A DNA stretch of 64,000 nt from Planctomycetota bacterium (GTDB lineage Bacteria > Planctomycetota > UBA8108 > SXIK01). A program made the position numbers and the translations under genes. The notes beneath the pieces are model-generated. The model made no database searches and was not told where the DNA came from. It saw nothing but the letters and a program-made list of their open reading frames with translations. The DNA is taken from NCBI GenBank assembly GCA_965223845.1, contig CBDCXR010000004.1, positions 4,896,001 to 4,960,000 on the forward strand, in the 5' to 3' direction. Shown here one piece after another: positions 9,008 to 18,363 of this stretch (the first letter of the stretch is position 1; each line of letters opens with the position of its first letter).

Positions 9008-10810
9008 GTGGCGAAGAAAGTCGATTTCATGTGCACTGCGTTCCGGGACGGATTCCAGTCCGTCTACGGCGCGCGCGTCTTCACCGACGATTTTCTCCCG
9101 GCGGTCGAGGCGGCGCGCGATGCAGGCATCCAGTACTTCGAGGCCGGCGGGGGCGCGAGATTTCAGTCGCTCTACTTCTACTGCAACGAAGACGCGTTCA
9201 CGATGATGGACCGGTTCCGCGAAGCGGCCGGCCCCGACGCGAACCTCCAAACACTCGCGCGCGGTGTAAACGTCGTCGGGCTCGAGTCGCAGCCGAGCGA
9301 CATCGTCAAGATGCACGCCGACCTCTTTAAGAAGCACGGCATCACGACGATCCGCAACTTCGATGCGCTGAACGACGTCGACAATCTCATCTACAGCGGC
9401 CAGTGCATCGTTGACGCTGGCCTGAAGCACCAGGTCTGCGTAACGCTCATGGAGCTTCCGCCGGGATGCTCGGGCGCGCACGACGCCGATTTCTACATTG
9501 CGACGCTGAAGAAGATCCTCGACGCGGACATTCCGTTCGACGCCGTGTGCTTCAAGGACGCTTCGGGAACGGCGGTGCCGTCGAAAGTGCACGAAACGAT
9601 CCGCCGCGCTCGGAAGCTGCTCCCCGAAGGAACGTACATCCACTTCCACACGCACGAAACCGCGGGTGTCGCGGTCGTCGCGAACCAGGCCGCGCTCGAC
9701 GCCGGCGCCGACGCGATCGATCTCTCGCTCGCTCCGTGCTCGGGAGGGACTTGTCAGCCGGACATCCTCGTCATGTGGCACGCGCTCCGCGGCTCGGACT
9801 ACGATCTCGACATCGACGTCGAAAAGGTGCGCGAGGCCGAGGAAGTCTTCAAGGAATGCATGGCGGACTACTTCCTCCCGCCCGAGGCGACCGCGGTCGA
9901 GCCGCTGATTCCGTGGAGCCCGATGCCGGGCGGAGCCCTCACCGCAAACACGCAGATGCTCCGCGACAACGGGATCATGGAAAAGTATCCCGAAGTGATC
10001 CAGGCGATGAGCGATGTCGTCCGGCGCGGCGGTTTCGGTACTTCGGTGACGCCGGTCTCCCAGTTCTACTTTCAGCAGGCGTTCAACAACGTCATGTTCG
10101 GAGCGTGGGAGAAGATCGCCGCTCCGTACGGCAAGATGGTCCTCGGCTATTTCGGAAAGACTCCCGTCCCCCCGGACCCGGAGATCGTTCGGCTCGCGTC
10201 CGAGCAGCTCGGACTCGAGCCGACGACGCGCTCGCCGCTCGAGATGAACGACGAGGATCCGTCGAAGGGGGTCGCGGCCGCGCGGGAAGTTCTCGCCAAG
10301 GAGGGAATCGAGGCAACGGACGAGAACGTCTTCATCGCGGCGACCTGCAAGGAGAAAGGGATCGCGTTCCTCCAAGGAAAAGCGGAGACCGGTGTCCGGA
10401 AGAACGTGGCCCCGGCCGCGGCGCCCGTGGCGAGCTCGGCACCGGCCGGTCCGCGCGAATACACGCTCACGGTGAGCGGCAAGAAGTATGAGGTTGCGGT
10501 CGACGGCAACCGCGCTACGGTCGACGGGCGATCGTACGAGATCGGAATCGAGGAGCGCGCGAGTGCGGTCGCACCGGCGGCGCCGCCGGCCGCGAACGCA
10601 ACGAGCGTCACGGCGAAGATCCCCGGCACGGTGTACGCGATCCAGGCTGAAGCCGGAGCCGAAGTCGCCGAAGGCGACACGATCCTCGTTCTCGAGGCGA
10701 TGAAGATGGAGGTCAAGGTCGCCGCGCCTGCGAGCGGACGCGTGCAGGCGATTCAGGTCTCGGTCGGAGATCAAGTCAGCGCCGGCCAAGTCCTGGCGTC
10801 GCTAGCCTGA
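9008..10810 (+). CDS. oadA: Carboxyltransferase plus biotin carrier (oxaloacetate decarboxylase alpha / pyruvate carboxylase B type)
   Basis: FRDGFQS, FKDASG, HFHTH, MPGG and VTPVSQ motifs; C-terminal biotinyl motif EAMKM. Confidence 0.9.
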   Translation: MAKKVDFMCTAFRDGFQSVYGARVFTDDFLPAVEAARDAGIQYFEAGGGARFQSLYFYCNEDAFTMMDRFREAAGPDANLQTLARGVNVVGLESQPSDIVKMHADLFKKHGITTIRNFDALNDVDNLIYSGQCIVDAGLKHQVCVTLMELPPGCSGAHDADFYIATLKKILDADIPFDAVCFKDASGTAVPSKVHETIRRARKLLPEGTYIHFHTHETAGVAVVANQAALDAGADAIDLSLAPCSGGTCQPDILVMWHALRGSDYDLDIDVEKVREAEEVFKECMADYFLPPEATAVEPLIPWSPMPGGALTANTQMLRDNGIMEKYPEVIQAMSDVVRRGGFGTSVTPVSQFYFQQAFNNVMFGAWEKIAAPYGKMVLGYFGKTPVPPDPEIVRLASEQLGLEPTTRSPLEMNDEDPSKGVAAAREVLAKEGIEATDENVFIAATCKEKGIAFLQGKAETGVRKNVAPAAAPVASSAPAGPREYTLTVSGKKYEVAVDGNRATVDGRSYEIGIEERASAVAPAAPPAANATSVTAKIPGTVYAIQAEAGAEVAEGDTILVLEAMKMEVKVAAPASGRVQAIQVSVGDQVSAGQVLASLA

Positions 10811-11076
10811 CCTCGAATCGCCGGCTCGAGACCGGATCTGGCTGAACGAGGGCGCGTGCCGGCCCGTGACGTTCTCGACCTCAGAGTCCCGGCAGCGATG
10901 TCGGGATCGGGTGGATCGCGGGCCTCGGGCGTGGCCGGACTCGAGGCGAGCGGGGCGGGGAGGTACCATCTGGCGAGAGCCCCGGGGCAAGTCGAACGGC
11001 GGCTTCGAGCAACGAACCAACTCAGCGCCTCCGCCGGGTCCCGTCCCGGCGACACGTCCCAGAAGGAGGACTCGAC

Positions 11077-11700
11077 GTGCCCAGATTCATCATCGCGATC
11101 ATCGTGAGCGCCCTCGCGCTCTTCGTCTGGGGATTCGTTTCGTGGACCGTCCTCGATTGGCACACGGCGACGACCGGCCGGATCGCAGCGCCCGCCCAGC
11201 TCGCCGCGACGACGGCGCTCAAGGTCGCCAACGTTCCCGCCGGCACGTACTTCATACCGCCACCGCCTGACGGGAACGGCGAAGAAACCGACGAGGAAAA
11301 GAAGGCCGCGGTGGAGGAGTGGGAGGCGAAGCACACGGAAGGCCCGATCGGCTTCCTCGTTTACCACCCGGAGGGTCGACCCCCGATGGCGACCTCGATG
11401 TTCCTCTACGGAATCGCGATCAATGTCATCGCCTGCACGATCGCGGCGTGTCTCCTCGCGGCGGCATCGATCGGAAACTTCTTCGGACGCTTTCTCTTCG
11501 TCGTCGCCCTCGGGGCGTTCGTCGGTGTGACTGCCGACGGCAGCTTCTGGAACTACATGTACTTTCACGACGACTGGACGAAGGTGATGATCGCCGACCG
11601 AGTCGCGTCGTGGGCGATCGCGGGCGTCATACTCGCCGGGCTCACCGGGCCGCGCTCGCGTCAGCGGGCTTCCGCAGCCGGCTCTACGGCGAGCGCCTGA
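11077..11700 (+). CDS. Integral membrane protein (about 4 TM) of unknown function
   Basis: AAGGAGG RBS before GTG; four hydrophobic helices with a soluble loop (GTYFIP...GPIGFLVYHP). Confidence 0.8.
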   Translation: MPRFIIAIIVSALALFVWGFVSWTVLDWHTATTGRIAAPAQLAATTALKVANVPAGTYFIPPPPDGNGEETDEEKKAAVEEWEAKHTEGPIGFLVYHPEGRPPMATSMFLYGIAINVIACTIAACLLAAASIGNFFGRFLFVVALGAFVGVTADGSFWNYMYFHDDWTKVMIADRVASWAIAGVILAGLTGPRSRQRASAAGSTASA

Positions 11701-11948
11701 GGGCCGGACCACCGCTTCCGCGAATCCGGCGCGGCGCTGCTGCGCCTCCGGTTCCGCTCGGTCGTTCGCGACCGAATCTGGCGCCCATTCGACCGCCCCG
11801 CGGCTCACTTCTTCTCTCTCCCGACCTAAGACAACGCCCGGCGGCGACGTCTCGAAGGATGGAGTGAGCCAGCCGGGCGGTCATCGGGACCAACGGCCCC
11901 CGCCGACCGGCGCGAGACTCCGATGCGAATTCCCGCGGAGATTCTGCT

Positions 11949-14252
11949 ATGTCGACCCCCCGATCGAACCGCCCGCACGCGAAGGCGGCGTCCCCCATCG
12001 TCCTTCTCCTCGGACTTCTTCTCGTCGGACTCGGCGGGCTCGGCGCGCCCACCGCGGCGAGGGCGGACGGGTTCATTTACGTGCATGAGCCCGTCGTCGA
12101 GATCCACACGATTCCTCGCCCGCGCCACTGGCGCGTCCGACGGGTCCGGCCCCACTTCCCGCTCCAGATCACCCGACACAAAGTCGACATCGACATCGCC
12201 GAAACGGTCGCTCGGACTCGCGTCGAGGAGACGTTCCACAATCCCGGCGGCCGCCAGCTCGAGGGCACGTATCTCTTCCCGCTCCCCGAAGGCGGGGTGA
12301 TCTCGAACTTCTCGATGAAGATCGGCGGAAAGGAAGTCGCGGGCGAAGTGCTCGAACGCGACAAAGCCCGCAAGATCTACGAGGACATCGTCCGGCGCGC
12401 GAAGGACCCCGGTCTTCTCGAGTACGTGAAGCGCGGCCTCTTCAAAGCGCGCGTGTTTCCGATTCCGCCCCGCGGTGACGTCGAGGTCGCGATCGAGTAC
12501 ACGGAGTCGCTCAGCCGGACGCAGGGGCTCACCTCGTATCGCTACCCCCTCGACACCGGCAAGTACTCGAGTGCGCCGTACCGAAACGTCGTCGTCGACG
12601 TGAAGCTCACGACCTCGTCGGCGCTCCGCTCGATCCACTGCCCGTCGCACCGAGGCGTCGGCATCACGCGAAAGGGCGACAAGGAAGCTCGGATCACCTT
12701 CGAGGCGAAAGAGCTCGAAGCCGACAAGGACTTCGTGCTCTCGTGGAACGTAAGCACCGACGAAGTCGCGCCGTTCATTCTCACTCATCGCGGACACTCG
12801 GAGAGCGCGCACTTTTTCATCTCGCTGCGTCCGAGCCCGGCGGAACCGAAGGTCGTTCCGAAAGATGTCGTCTTCGTCGTCGACACGTCCGGAAGCATGG
12901 TCGGAGCGAAGCTCGAGCAGGTGCAGAAGGCGCTCAAGTACTGCATTCACAACCTGAACGACGGCGATCGATTCAATCTCGTCGACTTCTCGACCGAGGC
13001 CAGGCGCTTTCGCGAGAGCCTCGTCTCCGTCTCGGACGAGACGCGAAAGGCCGGAGACGCCTACGTTGCGCAGCTCAAGGCACGCGGTGGCACGAACATC
13101 GAGCAGGCCCTTCGGTTCGCGCTCGACGATCTCATCAGCGAAGACCGGCTCCAGCTCGTCGTGTTCCTCACCGACGGTGAGCCGACGATCGGCCCAGTGA
13201 AGCCGGAGGAGATCCTCCGCTCGGTGAAGGAATCGAACCGTCACCGGCGGCGAGTCTTCGTCTTCGGCGTCGGCGACGACCTCAACACGACCCTCATGGA
13301 CCGACTGGCGAAGGAGACGAGCGGCGTCACGCAGTACATCGCCGCCGCGGAGAACATCGAGGTTCCGCTCTCGAATTTCTACGACAAGATCGATTCGCCG
13401 GTCTTCACCGATCTCGAGCTGAATATCGTCGGCGAGGACATCGCGGACGTCTATCCGAAGGCCCTCCCCGATCTGTTCCACGGCGAGCAGCTCGAGATCT
13501 TCGGCCGCTACAAGACGCACGGAAAGAAGACCGTCGTCCTCAAGGGAAAGCTCCAAGGAGAGATGCGCGCGTTCGAGTACTCTCTCGATTTCTCGGGCGG
13601 CGATCACCCCTTCATCCCGACGCTATGGGCGCAGCGAAAGATCGGTTACCTCCTCGAGCAGATGCGTCTCTCGGGCGAGTCGAAAGAGGTGAAGGACGAA
13701 GTCGTCCGCTTGAGCAAGCACTACGGGATCCTCACCCCGTACACCTCGTACCTAGTGGTCGAAGAGGCGGAGCTCGCGTCCGCCGACGGCTCGGCGGTTC
13801 GCCTGAACGAATTCTTCGCGGCTCCGTACGGCGCGGTTCGCCGAAGCGGTCGTGGGCGGTCGCTCGAGCGCGCCCGCCTGGCCTTCCGAGACTACGCCGG
13901 CGCCGATGCGGTAAGGGCGAGCAAGAGCATCTCGCGCCTCAAGTCCGCCGTTTCCGGCGGGATTCAAGCGGAGTCACTCGCCGGCGAGCCGGATCAAGAT
14001 GCAGCGCAGCAGTCCGCGTTCATGCGTTCGGTCGGCTCGTGGAAGTTCTACCTCCAAGGTGATCGCTGGATCGATGCGACGCTCACCGACAGGGACGTCG
14101 GGAAGCTCGCAAAGGTTCGCCGCGTGAAGTACCTCTCGGATGAGTACTTCGCCCTGCTCAGTGAAGCGCCGGAGCTCGGCAAAGCGCTGTCGGTCGGACC
14201 GCAGGTGAGCTTTCTCTGGAAGGGCGAAATGATCTCGATCGACGCCGAGTGA
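11949..14252 (+). CDS. Secreted VIT + von Willebrand factor A domain protein
   Basis: VIT region (ARTRVEETFHNP..LEGTYLFPLP, DPGLLE); MIDAS motif DTSGSM, GGTNI, FLTDGEPT. Confidence 0.92.
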   Translation: MSTPRSNRPHAKAASPIVLLLGLLLVGLGGLGAPTAARADGFIYVHEPVVEIHTIPRPRHWRVRRVRPHFPLQITRHKVDIDIAETVARTRVEETFHNPGGRQLEGTYLFPLPEGGVISNFSMKIGGKEVAGEVLERDKARKIYEDIVRRAKDPGLLEYVKRGLFKARVFPIPPRGDVEVAIEYTESLSRTQGLTSYRYPLDTGKYSSAPYRNVVVDVKLTTSSALRSIHCPSHRGVGITRKGDKEARITFEAKELEADKDFVLSWNVSTDEVAPFILTHRGHSESAHFFISLRPSPAEPKVVPKDVVFVVDTSGSMVGAKLEQVQKALKYCIHNLNDGDRFNLVDFSTEARRFRESLVSVSDETRKAGDAYVAQLKARGGTNIEQALRFALDDLISEDRLQLVVFLTDGEPTIGPVKPEEILRSVKESNRHRRRVFVFGVGDDLNTTLMDRLAKETSGVTQYIAAAENIEVPLSNFYDKIDSPVFTDLELNIVGEDIADVYPKALPDLFHGEQLEIFGRYKTHGKKTVVLKGKLQGEMRAFEYSLDFSGGDHPFIPTLWAQRKIGYLLEQMRLSGESKEVKDEVVRLSKHYGILTPYTSYLVVEEAELASADGSAVRLNEFFAAPYGAVRRSGRGRSLERARLAFRDYAGADAVRASKSISRLKSAVSGGIQAESLAGEPDQDAAQQSAFMRSVGSWKFYLQGDRWIDATLTDRDVGKLAKVRRVKYLSDEYFALLSEAPELGKALSVGPQVSFLWKGEMISIDAE

Positions 14253-14493
14253 GACGCTCGCGCGCGATTCTCCCGAGAGCCCGCTCGTGAGGCGAGCCGG
14301 CTTCGCGGCCGCGGCTGGATCCTAGATCGAGCCGCGGCCGCTTTGTCGATCGACGACCGGGGTGTATCGGCGCCGCCGCGCGCACGGATGTCTGAATGGG
14401 GTGAGAAATCCGCTCCAGACTCTGGCACGATGGCTCTTTCCTCGCCGCGCTCTCGGGCGCGGAGGAAGAGCGTGGGTCGATCTGGAGTCATTC

Positions 14494-17211
14494 ATGGTCT
14501 GGCGATGCTTCGTCCGAGCCCGATTGCGCCTCCGCCCGACCGGCGCGGTGGTCGTCGGCTGCCTCGCCATCCAGTCGGCGACGATCGCTTCACTCTCGGC
14601 CCAGGAGCCGGCTTGCTATCGCGAGCCGGCGCTCACCGGACGTGTCGTCGATTCGCGCATCATCGAGATCTCGGGAATGGTCCCGGTCACGGATCGACCG
14701 GGGCACTACTGGATCCACAACGACTCCGACGGCCGCCCTCGCGTCTTCGCCGTGCATGAATCGGGATCGATCATCGCCGTCGCGAACGTCACCGGCGCGG
14801 ATGCGATCGACTGGGAGGAGATCGCGCGCGGACCTGGTCCGGAGACGGACGGCGCTCCGGCGGCAGCGTCCCATCTTTACGTCGCCGATACCGGGAACAA
14901 CGAACGCGCTCGCGACGAGCTCGCGATCTACCGGTTCCGCGAGCCGTCGTTCCCGTTGGGCGTGGCCGTCGAGAGCAGACTCGACACGGAATCCGCACAC
15001 CGCATGAGAGTTCGGTATCCGTCGGAGAGGTTCGACGCCGAAGCGCTCGTCGTCGATCCGGCGCGCGGAGACGTCTACCTCCTAACGAAGGAAGACGCTC
15101 GGTGCCAAGTCTTCCGCGTTGGCGATCCCGGGTCGACCTCGCTTCAGACGCTCGTCGCGGTCACGACGTTTCGCCCGCAAGGACTCGTCACCGCAGCAGA
15201 CGTTTCGGCGGACGGCCGTCGCCTTCTCGTCCGCACGTACGACCGCATACTCGAGTACGTCGCCGGGGAAGCGGCTCCTTTCGCGACGATCTTCGGCGCA
15301 GCCGCCCGCGTGCTTCCCGATTCGAGTCTCGAGGCGAAGAGTGAATCCATTTGTTTCGATCACGCGGAAACCGCGTATCTCACGACAAACGAGGGCAATC
15401 CCGCGCCGATCCGCATCGCGCGCGAGAAGATTTCGCAGCCGTGGTGTCCCGAGCCGACCGAGGAAAGCCTCGGCGGACTCTTCGTACGCGGAGACGTCGT
15501 CGCGACCGATTCTCTCGGCGAATCGGTGGTCGACATCGGCGATCTCGCCCGCCTCGCGGAATCGCTCAGCGGTGGACGGACACTCGACTGCGAAGCGGCT
15601 GGAGATGCGAACGACGACGACGTCCTCGACGAGCTCGACGTCGCCGCGCTCACTGCCGCCCTTGCGAACGACGAACGAATTCCTCTTCCCTTCCCCGATC
15701 TCGGCCTCGACCCGACCGGCGGCGATCTCCCCTGTGACGAACGCGAACGCGTGGTGCCGGTCGAGCTCGGATCCGAGTGGGACGTCGCCGACCCCCGCTC
15801 TCCCCCGCCGCACGATTGGAACGAGCCGAGCGGCACCGGCGGGGCCTGGCAGAGCCGCTCGACTCCCATCGGCTTCGGCGTCGCTGGCGTCGCAACGGAG
15901 GTCGAGAGAACCGCCGAGATCTCTCTCTACGCGCGCCGCGTCTTCGAGCTCGCCGACGCGGAAGCGTGGGACGAGGCGTTTCTCGATATCGCCTATGACG
16001 ATGGCTTCGTCGCGTATCTGAACGGCACCGAGGTCGCAAGGCGAGGGCTCGGGTCGCCGGGATTCGAGCCTTTTCCCTCCGAGCTCGCGCGCCGCCACAC
16101 TTCGACGATTCCGGAAGTCGTGCCGATTTGTACCGAGTCGCTCGTCTCGGGCACGAATCTTCTCGCGGTCGAAGTCCATCGCCGCGCGACTACGGACCGC
16201 ACGCTCTTCTTCGACGCACGCTTTCGCGCGGTGCGCCGAAAATCGCCAGCCCCACCGCCGACCGGGCTCACGCCCGAGTCGGAGGTCCGGCTCAGCACGG
16301 CGCGCCCACCGAATCGTGGGGACGAGTTCGCCCTCGAGATCGTCATCGACGCGGGGGCAGAGTTTCGCTCGCTCAGCTACAGAATCACCTTTCCCGTGGA
16401 CGACGTGGATGTTCTCCGCTCCGAACGCGGCCGGGACGCACCGAGCGGAATCGTCGATGCCGTGAGCGTCTCTCGAGACGGTCACCTCGCGTACGTTGCG
16501 GTCGCGACGCGCGATCCGTTTCCCGCGGCGACGGACCTCGAGGTCGCGCGGCTTCTCTTTCGCGCCCGAGAGGATGCGGCGCAAGGCATCACGATCGAGT
16601 TCGTTTCTCGGGGAGGTCGGTTGCCGCTCGACGAACGGCTCGGTCTCGCAGACGGTCGGACGATTCGGCTGCGCGGGTCGCCGTACGTGAGTGAAGTCAC
16701 GGACCTCGGCACACCGTCCGTCTCGTCGCTCGTCGGCAACCGCGGAGAATCGGGGACGAAGTTCTATCTCGTCGGAGGTCGCATCGAGGGCGGAGAGGTT
16801 CGGGTGCGCGTCTGCGGCAGGGAGGCGAACGTCGAGCGCCTCGATGCGGTAACGCTTCGCGTCTCGGCGCCGGCGTGCGAGCGCGCCGGTTACGCCCTCC
16901 TCGAGCTCTGCAACGCGCTTGGCTGCATCACCGTCGACGAGGGATTCTTCTACGAAAGCGCCGGGGTGCTTTGGCTGAGGGGAGATGCAAACGGGGACGG
17001 GAGCGTCGATATCGCCGATGCGCTTCGCATCCTCGGCGCGCTCTTCTCCGCCGAGGACGCGCGCGGAGCGCCGAAGTGCCCGACCGCGGTCGACGTCAAC
17101 GACGACGGCGCATTTGATATCGCGGATGCGATCTTCCTCCTCAATTTTCTCTTTTCGGGAAGCGTGGACCTACCCCCACCGTACCCGGAGCCGGCCGTTT
17201 GCCGGGAGTGA
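14494..17211 (+). CDS. Large secreted modular protein: beta-propeller, dockerin-like, jelly-roll, cohesin-like, IPT/TIG-like, dockerin-like
   Basis: GGAG RBS before ATG 14494; EISG..WIHNDS..DWEEIA..LYVADTGNN..DAEAL propeller; YDDGFVAYLNGTEVAR..GTNLLAVEVH jelly-roll; two RGD-starting dockerin-like modules. Confidence 0.82.
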   Translation: MVWRCFVRARLRLRPTGAVVVGCLAIQSATIASLSAQEPACYREPALTGRVVDSRIIEISGMVPVTDRPGHYWIHNDSDGRPRVFAVHESGSIIAVANVTGADAIDWEEIARGPGPETDGAPAAASHLYVADTGNNERARDELAIYRFREPSFPLGVAVESRLDTESAHRMRVRYPSERFDAEALVVDPARGDVYLLTKEDARCQVFRVGDPGSTSLQTLVAVTTFRPQGLVTAADVSADGRRLLVRTYDRILEYVAGEAAPFATIFGAAARVLPDSSLEAKSESICFDHAETAYLTTNEGNPAPIRIAREKISQPWCPEPTEESLGGLFVRGDVVATDSLGESVVDIGDLARLAESLSGGRTLDCEAAGDANDDDVLDELDVAALTAALANDERIPLPFPDLGLDPTGGDLPCDERERVVPVELGSEWDVADPRSPPPHDWNEPSGTGGAWQSRSTPIGFGVAGVATEVERTAEISLYARRVFELADAEAWDEAFLDIAYDDGFVAYLNGTEVARRGLGSPGFEPFPSELARRHTSTIPEVVPICTESLVSGTNLLAVEVHRRATTDRTLFFDARFRAVRRKSPAPPPTGLTPESEVRLSTARPPNRGDEFALEIVIDAGAEFRSLSYRITFPVDDVDVLRSERGRDAPSGIVDAVSVSRDGHLAYVAVATRDPFPAATDLEVARLLFRAREDAAQGITIEFVSRGGRLPLDERLGLADGRTIRLRGSPYVSEVTDLGTPSVSSLVGNRGESGTKFYLVGGRIEGGEVRVRVCGREANVERLDAVTLRVSAPACERAGYALLELCNALGCITVDEGFFYESAGVLWLRGDANGDGSVDIADALRILGALFSAEDARGAPKCPTAVDVNDDGAFDIADAIFLLNFLFSGSVDLPPPYPEPAVCRE

Positions 17212-17231
17212 GCACCTGCGAGGGCACATCC

Positions 17232-18218
17232 ATGCGCGCCCTGATTCTCGAAGCTGCGCGTAGACCGCTCCGAGAGATCGAGACTCCGCGCCCCGCGCCG
17301 GATTCCCATCAGCTCCTCATCCGCGTCGAAGCATGTGCGGTCTGCCGGACGGATCTCCACGTCTACGACGGCGAGCTCCCCGATCCCAAGCTTCCTCTCA
17401 TCCTCGGCCACGAAATCGTCGGAGTCGTCGTCGCGAACGGACGAAGCGCGTCCCGGTTCTCGCCCGGCGATCGGGTGGGCGTGCCGTGGCTCGGGTCGAC
17501 CTGTACTCAGTGCCGCTACTGCGCGAGCGAGCGCGAGAACCTTTGCGAAAACGCGGAGTTCACCGGCTACACGATCGATGGCGGCTACGCTGAGTACACC
17601 GTGGCCGACGAACGCTACTGCTTCCGGGTTCCATCCGAATACTCCCCGGCAGAAGCCGCACCGCTCTTCTGCGCGGGGTTGATCGGATACCGATCTCTCA
17701 AGAAGACCGGCGACGCACGTCGACTCGGGATCTACGGTTTCGGGTCGGCTGCGCGGATCGTCTCTCAGATCGCGATCCATCAAGGGCGCGAGGTGTACGC
17801 GTTCACCCGTCGCGGCGACGCGGATTCGCAGGCCGCTGCGACGAAGCTCGGGGCGGTGTGGGCGGGCGACTCGGAAGCGCCACCTCCCGATTCGCTCGAT
17901 GCCGCCATCCTCTTCGCTCCCGCCGGCGAGCTCGTGCCGCGCGCCCTCCGTGCGGTCGCTCCGGGAGGAACGGTCGTTTGCGGCGGAATCCACATGAGCG
18001 ACATCCCGTCCTTTCCCTATTCGATTCTGTGGGAAGAGCGGACGCTTTCTTCGGTCGCGAATCTGACCCGGAGGGACGGCGAAGAGTTTCTCGCCCTCGC
18101 GCCGAAGGTGCCGATCCGAATGGCCATCGAGCCGTTTCCGCTCGGCCGAGCCAATGAAGCCCTCGACCGACTCCGCCGCGGCCAACTCGACGGGACGGCC
18201 GTGCTCACGACCGAGTGA
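17232..18218 (+). CDS. Zn-dependent alcohol dehydrogenase family protein
   Basis: CRTDLH, GHEIVG, CTQCRYC..NLC Zn site and GIYGFGSAA Rossmann motif. Confidence 0.93.
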   Translation: MRALILEAARRPLREIETPRPAPDSHQLLIRVEACAVCRTDLHVYDGELPDPKLPLILGHEIVGVVVANGRSASRFSPGDRVGVPWLGSTCTQCRYCASERENLCENAEFTGYTIDGGYAEYTVADERYCFRVPSEYSPAEAAPLFCAGLIGYRSLKKTGDARRLGIYGFGSAARIVSQIAIHQGREVYAFTRRGDADSQAAATKLGAVWAGDSEAPPPDSLDAAILFAPAGELVPRALRAVAPGGTVVCGGIHMSDIPSFPYSILWEERTLSSVANLTRRDGEEFLALAPKVPIRMAIEPFPLGRANEALDRLRRGQLDGTAVLTTE

Positions 18219-18278
18219 GTGACGAACAAACGCCCCCGCTCATCGGCGATCCGCCGTTCCTCCGGGATGCAATCCACT

Positions 18279-18307
18279 TTCCAGCCGATGCGGGGATTCC
18301 GTATAAT
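18279..18307 (+). promoter_or_regulatory. Putative sigma70 promoter of the DUF1553/DUF1501 pair
   Basis: TATAAT at 18302-18307 with a weak -35 (TTCCAG) 17 bp upstream. Confidence 0.45.
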
Positions 18308-18363
18308 TGTAGGTTTCGTGGGCGCATCGTCGGATCGACGCCCAGTTTCGAGTCAGCGCGAGA

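Noticed and set aside
10811-11076. Possible tRNA or ncRNA in the larger intergenic gaps (also 4246-4535, 11701-11948, 43429-43770, 49677-49978)
   Set aside because: I see no cloverleaf, T-loop plus acceptor stem, or recognisable riboswitch consensus, only generic GC-rich pairing.
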